A stretch of 62,873 nt of DNA, counting the filler, from Vannella sp. (lineage: Eukaryota), in NCBI GenBank assembly GCA_023345925.1. It is 6 parts of 6 records of this genome, joined end to end, with 100 filler letters (N's around TTAATTAATTAA, not from the genome) between each part and the next. Parts side by side here need not be neighbours in the genome. Positions count along the whole stretch, not along the records: positions 38,421 to 50,553 come from JAJQQN010000529.1; positions 50,654 to 62,873 come from JAJQQN010000454.1; 4 more parts are not named here. One strand, written 5' to 3'. The notes beneath the pieces are model-generated. The model was not told where the DNA came from. It searched no databases and saw only the letters and a program-made list of their open reading frames with translations. Shown here in pieces: positions 49,519 to 59,076 of the stretch. Position 1 is the first letter of the stretch; each line of letters opens with the position of its first letter. Made by a program: the position numbers and the translations under genes.

Positions 49519-50163
49519 TTAGAATTTCATGGCTACCACGCCTGTGTCGATTTGCATTCCTTTTTCCTTGAAGATTTTCAATGCTGGCTCGAGTAGTAAG
49601 TTAATTGGCGAGCCTGTGTCGATGGTGCATCCGAAGTCCTTGTAGTTTGCTCTGAAAAACTTTTTGTCTCGATTTGCACAATAATTGAGCGTCGCTTCAA
49701 CGATAAAGCGAGAGGGCATATTATCTGTGAGTGTCACTGGGCTGAGAAGAATATCGCTAGATGTCAAGTTGCTGTAAGGGGAGGTCAAAAAGCAGGGGGC
49801 CAAATCTTGGTGGGACTGGGCTCTCATAAAGCGGGTGGCAGATGCTAGAGCAGTAAATGCCCGATGCTGCACCTCAAAATGAACCGGCCATCAAGCTGCT
49901 CAGTATCACTCTCTGCAACGAAGCTCACAATGTATCGGCGGCGTTTCTTCGCCACTAAGCTCAAATCGAACCGATGGGTTCCCTTGAATTGGTTGATGAT
50001 CTGTCGTGCAGTACTCTTTCTCTCATTGAAGTCAAAGGGACTCGAGGAGCACGTGGTAGGGGGAATTCTGTCTGTAAAGGGAATGGAAGTAGTGGGAGCT
50101 TCACTCAGGAAGGTAGGGAGACGATCAAAGTGGAATGTACTGAGCAGGACGCGGTTGCAGAAG
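49519..50163 (-). other. Possible clan-AA aspartic-protease-like (DTG) gene or remnant
   Basis: Two overlapping ORFs. The second has RFIVEATL...CTIDTGSPINLL but stops before a complete fold. Confidence 0.3.
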
Positions 50164-50553
50164 GAGCACATTGTAAAAGATGGACTTGTTTGAAGTAACT
50201 AGGTGTATTGGAGTCCACTACTCGCAACCGTACGCCCTCCTGCTGGCCCCTTTCCTTCCATTTCTCACAAACTCAGCTCTGGCAGTACCAGAGGAGAGCG
50301 GAAGTACGATTAAGATAGAAGACGTCTTGCTTCTATCCATGTGCTGGTTGCCAAGACCAACAGAACAGCAAGGAAGGCCTCCAAAGACCAACTTTCATCC
50401 AGAAGGGCCTCAAGACTCCAATGTCCGCGCTTCCGTTCGCTCAAAGAGGTCCCCTCCACAGAGTAGCTTCGTGTGTTAGAGCGTCTAGTCCGGGAGTAGC
50501 TTCATGTGAGCACTGTCTCTGAAGCAGAGAACGGAAGAGGCGGCTTTGCTTTG

Positions 50554-50653
50554 NNNNNNNNNNNNNNNNNNNNNNNNNNNNNNNNNNNNNNNNNNNNTTA
50601 ATTAATTAANNNNNNNNNNNNNNNNNNNNNNNNNNNNNNNNNNNNNNNNNNNN
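50554..50653. other. Artificial contig spacer
   Basis: N44-TTAATTAATTAA-N44. Confidence 0.98.
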
Positions 50654-51047
50654 TTGCCTACTCGAAAGGATCCTTCTGCTTTACGTGGTCGTACACGTTC
50701 AAGAAGCCCTTCCGCTCCAATACCTCCTCCTGGTACTGAGTCTCGAGCTCCTACAAGGTACCCCTTTGTCAATACTACCTCACACATGACAACAGAATAG
50801 CACCCTACCTCCCCCTTCGCATCAAACTCCCGCTTTCGCGCTTTGGTCACGTTCACGGTCAACGCCATGAAGCGGAAGTGGCGGCGGCTGCTGTCCTCCA
50901 CGTTGTGGTTGCGGATGCTAGCCAGCGTACCCTCCACCGTGAAGCCAGAGCCTCCATGGCCAACAGGAGCTTGCCATTGCCCCGGAAGGGTCTGGTGGGT
51001 GGTGGTCACGGTCAAGTCCCAGGCCGTGTGGATCATTCCTACAGCAA

Positions 51048-52459
51048 ATGACATCAAGAGACCTCCAAAGGGTCATTCGCGCACAGGAGGGGATGGAAGG
51101 AGTCGCTCACTTCATCATGACCCGCTTCTTGCTTCCTCACATCCCCAGTTGGGTGCTCTTTGGCCCGTTTGAGGTGGTGCGGACCTTCCAACAAGCAGGA
51201 GTGGTACCGCGGGAGAGTTCGGGCTTGGTGGGGACCGTGCGCTTCTTGGTCGAGCGGGACGGGTGGTCTGCGCTCTTTCGGGGCAACTCCTGTCGCATTG
51301 CATACTCTCTATCGCGGTTCCTGTGTGTGGTGCCTTTGGAGCTCATCTTCATGACGCTGCGGCCGGCTCTACATCGACTTAATGTGTCGCGGCGGCACTC
51401 GATGCTGATCCCTGTCCTCCTGACGCTCCTTCTCAACCAAGCATACACCTATCCCATTACCTTCATCCGTAATGAGATGATCTTACGGAAACGCGGGGCC
51501 TGGGGGGTACTCAGTCACACGTTACGCTCTGAGGGAGTTCTTGGTCTCTTCTGTGGGCTAGAAGGGACCTACTTAGGCCTGATACCTTCGATGCTTGTCT
51601 TTAATGAGATCAACCGAAGGCTTTTCTACTCCCGCGACGAGTACGATGAGATCATACGCCCCCTAAACCTCCGCCTCCCTTCAGGCCACCATTTGGAGCC
51701 TCGACCGCTCCCGCGTGGCCTTCCCGACCCTCTAGAAGCCGAAGCAAACGTATCAGAAGAAGAAGGTGATCTTCCAGAGCATTGGGGAAGGCCTGGTCAT
51801 CCAACAGACTCGGAAGAAGACGAAGAAGAAGACATTCCTCTCGAAGAAGACGGCGAGGACGAAGGACTGGGAGATGAGGATCTCCAGGACTTAGAGCAGC
51901 AGCTAATAGAGATGGAAGGAGAGGTCTCAGATAACGACATTCTCCTCCAGATAGAAATCACTTTGGCCGCCATGAAAGCGAAGCATTGGCGCCCCTTCCT
52001 GAAGCTCAGTAGCCGAGCCATCTTTGCACGATCATGTGCTAAGCTATCTATGAGAGTAGGTACACCCAGAGACCTTTCCGGGCCACTAAAAAGGGGGCTG
52101 GCAGATGATTTGCCATCCGGGCGATGTGATGGGCAAAGTCATGCAGTTTCATCGCTGTTCTCTTACAGAAGCTGCGTCTTCCATTTGGAATACCAGTGGT
52201 GTTCTTGGGTTCTATCGCGGGGCTGCTATTGAGTTCGCTTTGGTGCGTTCATTGCGTTTTGGTGCGTTTTGAGCTCATTGGGATCGTCCAGACACCCATT
52301 CAAGTGACTATTGAGATGATGATAACTGTGTTCGCACTGCGGTACCAATGGGGCATGCGTGCGTTCGACCTTCTATTGGGAAGTTTAGATTTAGAAGAAG
52401 AAATCAGTCTCTTCATGGAAGAGGACTTTGGGGACCGTCCAACCCCTGGTGAGCAATAG
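51048..52459 (+). CDS. Divergent mitochondrial carrier family (SLC25) protein with an acidic insertion; 5' end uncertain
   Basis: Three carrier repeats: PFEVVRT..DGWSALFRGN; YPITFIR..EGVLGLFCGL; and, after an intron, HPGDVMGK..SGVLGFYRGL. Confidence 0.78.
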
Positions 52460-52563
52460 ACCATCAATAAGAAGTACTTCCCCCGCCCAAGAGGATCATT
52501 GTCAGACCCTTTGCTGCATTCCTTTCCCCATGGAATGAGAAGGGGCACTCGCAGTACATTGTA

Positions 52564-54337
52564 TTACAGGTCGGGAATTCTCTCAGCGAGAAGAGAGATC
52601 CATTGAGTGTGTTGGGGGACGGACTTTTGGGTTTGCCGGAAAAAGTCCCAAGGTGATTCACTTCTACCTGCTGCAGGTCCCTGAATGTCTCCCAGCCACC
52701 GCAATTGTGTCTGGTTCGCCTTCATCCCCTTCTGGGTCCTTGCAGGACCGCGTTTGGCTTTCTTTCCCGTCTTTTTTGTCCATTTTGGATCCGAGCCAGA
52801 GTCATTCAGCCAGTTGGATGGTTCTTTGTCGCGTTCTTTGCCATGTTCTCTTGTCGGTGCTTTGGTAGGCTCTTTGGCCACCTCCTGGCCCAAAGCGGAG
52901 CGCGGCTGTTTGGTGGGCTCTTTTGTACTTTCTAGGATTGTTGGAATCACTTCCTCAGAAGCTTCTGAGTCAGTGGGAAAGTGGAAAGCGTCTTTTGGGT
53001 TGTTGTGAGAAGTGTGTTTTGCCGTTTCCCCAGACTTTGGTTCAGTGAGACTTGAAGGAATCAGGGGTTCTTCTTCTTCTGAGTCTGTGTCGTTTAAGAG
53101 AGCTAATAGCTCGTCTCTTTCATCGATGGCACTGGGAGAGAGGCTCCCATCGCCAGTTTTTTGCCGTTTTGGCGGGTTCTCTTCCACGCTTTGGTCTCGT
53201 GGAGGAGAGTTCGTCCTTTGCCTGCTCAGGAGAGCAACAGGGAAAGGGATTTCATCAGTTTGGGTGTGAAGTTCCCCAAAAGTGAGTGGAGGGCAGCTGG
53301 CTATCTCTGAAAGGGATTCTCCATCAGAATACTCATTCTCCTCCCCATTCCCATACTCCAAGTCCTGTGAGTAGATTGGAAGCTCATCAGACTGTGACTC
53401 TTCATATGGTGCCTGAAGCTCGGGAGTCGGAGAGAGCGGTGCGTCAGGTTGGGTGGGAGGAAGGTCCTCGATGATCAACTCTTCTTGGCATTCGTAGATG
53501 CTCACTACCGCCTCTTGTCGAGATGGTTCGAATCCAACAGGGGAGGAGTGGTGCTGGGGGTCAAGATGGACAGAGACGCTGAGTTCTGGCGTGCAAAGTT
53601 GTGAGAATGTCTCATTGGTATGGGCAGAAGGCCATCCTACCAGAATAGTGAGTGTCAGTGGACGCTATTTGATCATTGGTCATCATACCAGGTTGCTTGG
53701 CCATCAGAATCTGTTGATCCTCTGAAATAAGACAATGAGAGATGGGAATCTCATCTTCTGAAGCCTCTTCCTCCTCCTCCTGGAGGTTCATGAGGTCCTC
53801 TATCATGACTTGGCTCTATTTGAGTAAGATGCACTTCTCCAGAGCTTTCAAATACCCACCTTGCGTCCCAGAGGTCTCCAAAAGAGAAGCAAAAGCTTCT
53901 TGTGCTTGTTTCTCTTCGAGCAGGAGCTTCGGATTCCCTATAAGGTCACAGTCTCCTATGCTGAGAACAGATGTGCCTTTGATGACCAACCACACCCTCC
54001 CCGATCCCGTTCCTTCGTAAAGAAAGTCGCAAGTTTTGAAACGGATAATGCTCATGGATTCGAGCTTGCTGGAGGTCTCTCCTACACTTCCACGTAAGCG
54101 ATTGGTACTTGAGTGTACTCTCCATACCCTCGAGCTGCATCTCGACCCTGTGCACTCCATCACTGAGGTAAAGCCCTCCATCCTGCTCGAGGACCTGCGC
54201 CAGCGTTCCGCAGGCTGGTCCCTGCCCTGCTTCTCTTAGCAAGACCAGGCGCGATTACTCCTGCGAACGTTACCACTGCAAAAGCGCAGGAAGGACTGCA
54301 GAACCCAACGTTGAGTGCCCGTCATGATGCGGCTCAT
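52564..54337 (-). CDS. N-terminal OB-fold protein with a long disordered tail, TPP1/Est3-like (multi-exon)
   Basis: Spliced N-terminus QRWVL..AQVLEQ..LYLSDGVHRV..SIIRF..VWLVI..IGNP, then CLISEDQQIL and a Ser/Pro/acidic tail. Confidence 0.5.
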
Positions 54338-54401
54338 GATTGGGGGCTGGGGAGGGAATGAGGTCCAAGCGGAGGTTTATAAAGTCATGATACAAGGTAG
54401 G

Positions 54402-55918
54402 TTACAACAACGTGCAGTTGGAAGAGCCAGCCACGCGCTCGAGAAGCGTGATAATGCGGCGAAGGCGCTCAATCGCGCAGTCCATCTCGAGAAGAGGTTG
54501 TTTCAGGTCGGGGGAGATGGGCAGAAGAGTGCAGATCTTCGACGCATATTGGCAGCACTCGGAGGGAGTATTTAAAGGAAAGTCCATCGACTTGATGATG
54601 TGCTCGAGTTGAGCAAACTCCTGCTGGCCTTGGCTCTGTTGGATGACTACAGAGACCAATTGTTGTACCTTCGTTATCAGTTCCTTCGTTAGCTTGAGCT
54701 CCTGCTCATTGGCTGGAAGACGTTCGTCTAAAAACTCGACATGAGCGACCCAGTAGCCGTCCGTCATGTTTCTTTCGAGGACTCGGAAACGCCTCAGCGA
54801 TTTGGTTTGGATCAAGGAACGACCGTCAGGAAGAGTTTCGCATTGGTTGACCTCCATACAACATCCAATGTTGAAGATAGAGAACCCGTCGGGGCTTCCT
54901 TCGTCGGATTTGACTTGAACAAGGCCAAACTGGCGACTTCCTTGCATAACCCGTCTGAGAGGTTGAGTGGTTAGCTGGTTCCTATCAGGGGAGGTGGAGT
55001 GAACTTACTTGAGCATGATTCGGTAGCGCGGGTCGTAGACGTGAAGTGGAAAGTCCTCTCCGGGGAAACAGATGCCGTCCATGATGAAGAGAGGAAGAAT
55101 CATTCCAATCTCCTGTTGTTCTTCTGTTACCTCCAATGATCGCGCCTTGTACTCTTGAGGGAACACTAAACCAACTCTCGTTAGGACTTTGAAGAGGAGG
55201 ACCCAGAGTATCATAACGTACGTTTCTCGAGTATGTTCTTGAGAGAGATGGATACCGGAGGCTGGAAGTTGCTGTGGAACACCGTCCGACAGAGCGGGCA
55301 TTTGTTGTTGAATAAAGTAGCTTGCGTGATGCAGTGCCTGCAGAAAGTGTGTCCGCAAGGGAGTGTAGCGGGTTCGTGAAACAACTTGAGACATAGGACG
55401 CATTCAAACTCGTTCGCCACCTCGGTGTCACCTAACGACCGTGCAGCATTCCTCATAAGGGCAGCGCAGGTCATTCCACGATGTATCTGGTTCAGTAGGT
55501 CTTCGTCTGTCTGTTCAATAGAGTAGAAGTGCTTGGACTCTTCGAAGCATGCGGAAGCCATTTCGAAATTGTCGAGTCGTAAGAGAGCATTGCCCTTCAT
55601 GACGCATGCCTGAGATAGCTTGTTAGTAGAGAACTACGTGAGGAGAGAGATCCTACAAGTGCAGAACGTTGCAGTTGGTAAGCTTGTGTCGCATCTTCAA
55701 AGGCCCTCTGCGCTTGCCCCGTCCGCAGATGCGCTTGAGATCGTTTGCAGAACCAGTAAGGGTGTTTAGCTTGTTCCAGAACCTTCATTTCCATCAATTC
55801 AAAGCGTCCAATGATTGGCTGTCCGGCCCAAGCTTACCGTGGAGAGGGTGTTGATAGCCTTCTCAAATTGACCCGAGTTCATCTCATGATCAACTTGTTG
55901 GCTGACTTGCTCGAGCAT
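54402..55918 (-). CDS. LONRF: TPR-RING-LON(SBD) E3 ligase (LONRF family), multi-exon
   Basis: TPR-like helices, RING FECVLCLKLFHEPATLPCGHTFCRHC...CPLCR, and a LON domain FPGEDFPLHVYDPRYR.M, IGC, LPDGRS. Confidence 0.92.
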
Positions 55919-56147
55919 GGATGTGTGAATGAATAATGAAGCCTCCCGCTCCCCGCTTTGAAGACTCGCTAGGTCGGAGCTGAAGTTACTTGAACAGAAT
56001 GCGAAATCCACCAACCAGACCGCGAGATTGGCCCATATTCCATTTTTGTGCACAACTCGGAATGATACATAATTGCATCATTATTTGTTGGAAAGAACGC
56101 GGGAACGAGATGAACTGTGACAACGGTTACGCATACCTTAGGTGGGC

Positions 56148-57701
56148 ATGTCATTGCTACACATGGAGCACTTTGTCTCTGATTTGATAGCTCCTGACCA
56201 TCAAGCTCCTTTGTCACGTCTCCCTCTTTCGCAGTTGGAGCCGAATCGTTCTTCAGCTCTCCAAACGAAGGGTTCTACCTTGCATTTGAAGGTTGCTCCT
56301 GAGAGAACCTCAACAAAGACTATGTTACTTGGAGGCGACAGGGCCTTTCAAGGGCTCCTGGCTAACGATGCTCTGCCTCTTCCTAACTTCTCCAGCCTTA
56401 TTGTATCTGATGCAAGGAGGCCAGTGCCCTCAGCTGGGCTATCTCCACTCACACCAGTAGAGCAAAGGCTTCCCCGCCCATTACAGTCTCTTACTCCAAA
56501 GAACAAACAACCATTGTTGTCTCCAACTCGGCCTCGTACGCCTGGCTCTGGGCTCCTTTCCCCTCCAAAAGCCCTCTCCTTTCGCTCGCCCACCTTTCGC
56601 GACATCTTTGCGAGTAACAAAGGCCCACGCTCGCTTGCATCAACAAATTCGGGCTCTTTCGCACCCGAGTCCTTCCAGATGCTTGCAGCAGACTCCGCAT
56701 ATGATTCTGAAGAGTATGAGGAGGACGATGAACGCTTTCCTACCTGGGCACGAGAGTCTCTTACGCAGTTCGACCTCCGCCTCGCTAACTGGACGACCTA
56801 CGACTCCTTGTTCACTCCCCGTGACCCCAGCCGGCTTGTATCACGTCATATCCAATGTGGTGTGACCTCCACTCATTTTGATCTTCCTCTGGAGGTCGGA
56901 AAACCGCCCTACGCTGCGATTGAGGACTTTCTCATCGGCAAACCGATCGGCGCTGGCAAGTTCGGGACAATCTACATGGCTCGGTCGCGAGCTAACCCAG
57001 CGATGGTTGTCGCTATCAAGGTGATGTTCAAGAGCGCTCTCGGTCACAGCCACGTGAAGCAGCTCCTTCGAGAAGTCAAGCACTTGAGCATGCTACGAGA
57101 ATGTGAGAACGTCATCAGCCTCTTTGACTTCTTCCATGATGAAGAGCGCATCTACTTGCTCATGGAGTACGCCAACGAAGGGGACCTCTACCACAGCCTG
57201 AGCTCTCGTCATCGGTTCTCAGAGGTGGAAGCAGCTTCGATCTTTCGCCAAGCTGTCCATGCTATCCACTGTTGCCATGAGAAGGGCATCGTCCACCGAG
57301 ACATCAAGCCAGAGAACTTTGTCTGGGGAGCCGGACACGTCCTCAAGCTCATCGACTTCGGTTGGTCTGCTCCTTGTGGTGTGAACTCCCACCGCCGCAA
57401 GACGCTCTGTGGTACACTAGACTATCTGCCCCCAGAGATGGTGGTTGGCAAAGGGTATGGCCAAGCCGTGGACGTTTGGTGCTTGGGCGTCCTCCTCTTC
57501 GAGTTGCTGACCGGTTCGCCCCCTTTTGAAGATGAGGACTTCTTGGTGACCAAGCTGAACATCAAATACGTCTCTTACGTCCTTCCGGACTACCTGTCGC
57601 TGTCGGTCAGGAGCCTCCTTTCTGGCATCCTCAAGTACGATGGCCGCTCTCGCCCTTCCGCCCAACAGCTACTTGACCACGATTGGGTGCACTCTCAGTA
57701 G
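56148..57701 (+). CDS. Aurora-family kinase, intronless; start uncertain
   Basis: IEDFLIGKPIGAGKFG.IY.AR, QLLREV, FHDEERIYLLMEYA, HRDIKPEN, DFGWS and RRKTLCGTLDYLPPEM. Confidence 0.93.
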   Translation: MSLLHMEHFVSDLIAPDHQAPLSRLPLSQLEPNRSSALQTKGSTLHLKVAPERTSTKTMLLGGDRAFQGLLANDALPLPNFSSLIVSDARRPVPSAGLSPLTPVEQRLPRPLQSLTPKNKQPLLSPTRPRTPGSGLLSPPKALSFRSPTFRDIFASNKGPRSLASTNSGSFAPESFQMLAADSAYDSEEYEEDDERFPTWARESLTQFDLRLANWTTYDSLFTPRDPSRLVSRHIQCGVTSTHFDLPLEVGKPPYAAIEDFLIGKPIGAGKFGTIYMARSRANPAMVVAIKVMFKSALGHSHVKQLLREVKHLSMLRECENVISLFDFFHDEERIYLLMEYANEGDLYHSLSSRHRFSEVEAASIFRQAVHAIHCCHEKGIVHRDIKPENFVWGAGHVLKLIDFGWSAPCGVNSHRRKTLCGTLDYLPPEMVVGKGYGQAVDVWCLGVLLFELLTGSPPFEDEDFLVTKLNIKYVSYVLPDYLSLSVRSLLSGILKYDGRSRPSAQQLLDHDWVHSQ

Positions 57702-58061
57702 GATCAGAACTCTGCGTCTTCAGCAGAGCGGGCCCATTGGACGGGCGCCCTCCGTTGATAAAGATTGCTTCCTTCCTCTCTCTCTTGTTCCTTGCTGTGC
57801 CCGAGATGTAGCTTCCTTTTGGCACCTTCACAACGCCCAGCAATCCTTCATCTTCCCAGAAGAGGAAGTAGGATCACCAACACGACATCTCAATCAGATG
57901 GGAAAGGAAAGGGAGCGCCAGACGCACTCTGGTTGTTGGATTCGTGGAGAAATGAACCCAAGGTCTTCATCCCATCTCCATAGATGGAGAAACAGACCGA
58001 TTTATGGAAAGCAAGGAGGTGGGATGGACTTTCACTTATTTCCCTGCCAGCTCGTGTGTTC

Positions 58062-58730
58062 ATGAGGCGGGCGATCCTCTGCCTCGCCCTTCCACTTTTG
58101 GTGGCCCTGTCGTGTGCACAAGCGATTCCGTGTCCACTATCTAGCTCTAGAACCCTTTGCAGTGGGTCTCCGAAGGGACTCAAAAGTGGAATCTGGACGA
58201 ATGTTACTGCCACAGCTGCAGGTGCTTGCTACAAGGGATACTGTTCCAAAGACAAGGGTTGCAAGGTCAACCAAGTCTTCTACTTCTCCCTTCGCCCTCT
58301 GGATAACATTGACTCCTCTGCAGTAACGGCCTCTGTATGGACGAGCAAAGGGTCCGCCCCCTTAGCGTGTCTTGCACTGAGCAGCACCCAAACCTCAAAG
58401 GAGGATCTGGTCTTTGATTGCGAAAGCGCAACCATATTCCTCCCGGATAGAACCTTCTTCGTGACAGTCTCGACCACTGGTCCCGACATTGATGTGGAGA
58501 TCGTTGCCGGGTTCTCCCGTGGAACCGAGAGTGACTGCTCAGCTGCTTTCATCTCCTCTCGTGCACTCACTATGAAAACCATCCTCATAGTCATGGGGGG
58601 TCTCCTTGCAGGGCTCCTCGGTCTCTCCTTTGTTGTAATCAGTTCCGTCCTGGTTTTCAGCTATTGCAAAAAGCGTCAATCAAGAAAGAAGGAGAAGAAT
58701 GCCGCGGATTACGCACCTATTGATGACTGA
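58062..58730 (+). CDS. Type I membrane protein with a small Cys-containing ectodomain
   Basis: Signal peptide MRRAILCLALPLLVALSCAQA, a TM helix, a basic stop-transfer and a YAPI tail. Confidence 0.8.
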   Translation: MRRAILCLALPLLVALSCAQAIPCPLSSSRTLCSGSPKGLKSGIWTNVTATAAGACYKGYCSKDKGCKVNQVFYFSLRPLDNIDSSAVTASVWTSKGSAPLACLALSSTQTSKEDLVFDCESATIFLPDRTFFVTVSTTGPDIDVEIVAGFSRGTESDCSAAFISSRALTMKTILIVMGGLLAGLLGLSFVVISSVLVFSYCKKRQSRKKEKNAADYAPIDD

Positions 58731-58903
58731 ACCGCTTTGTTGTGGCCAAGACGACGGGAAATACACTTTTTGAGTTTGAGTGGGACCTCCTCGAATCCTC
58801 ACAGAAAAGAGAGGACTGTGTTTTCGTGAGATCTGCTCCTTGACATTCTTTGGGCCTGTCATCATCTTTGGGGAAACTGGCCATTCGAGTGAACTCAGGT
58901 TAT

Positions 58904-58926
58904 GGTTTAGGGTTTAGGGTTTTGGG
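58904..58926 (+). repeat. Short interstitial (TTTAGGG)2-like repeat
   Basis: GGTTTAGGGTTTAGGGTTTTGGG. Confidence 0.55.
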
Positions 58927-59076
58927 CACTAGGCTTGCAGCAAACCTTTGGTTAGTTTCTGGTCGCTGCACTCCGTAGTAGGAATAGGTCACTATTGTTA
59001 TCAACTTTATGGAGAGCGCCCTTTTCTTCAAAGAGACCGTCCACGTGTCACTTCTTTTGGGCGGTGTGTTGGCGGC

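Noticed and set aside
58740..59070. Telomerase RNA gene with an AAACCCTAAACC template
   Set aside because: The repeat is longer than a typical ~1.5-unit template, and I could not see a Pol III promoter, terminator or pseudoknot. Kept only as a repeat.
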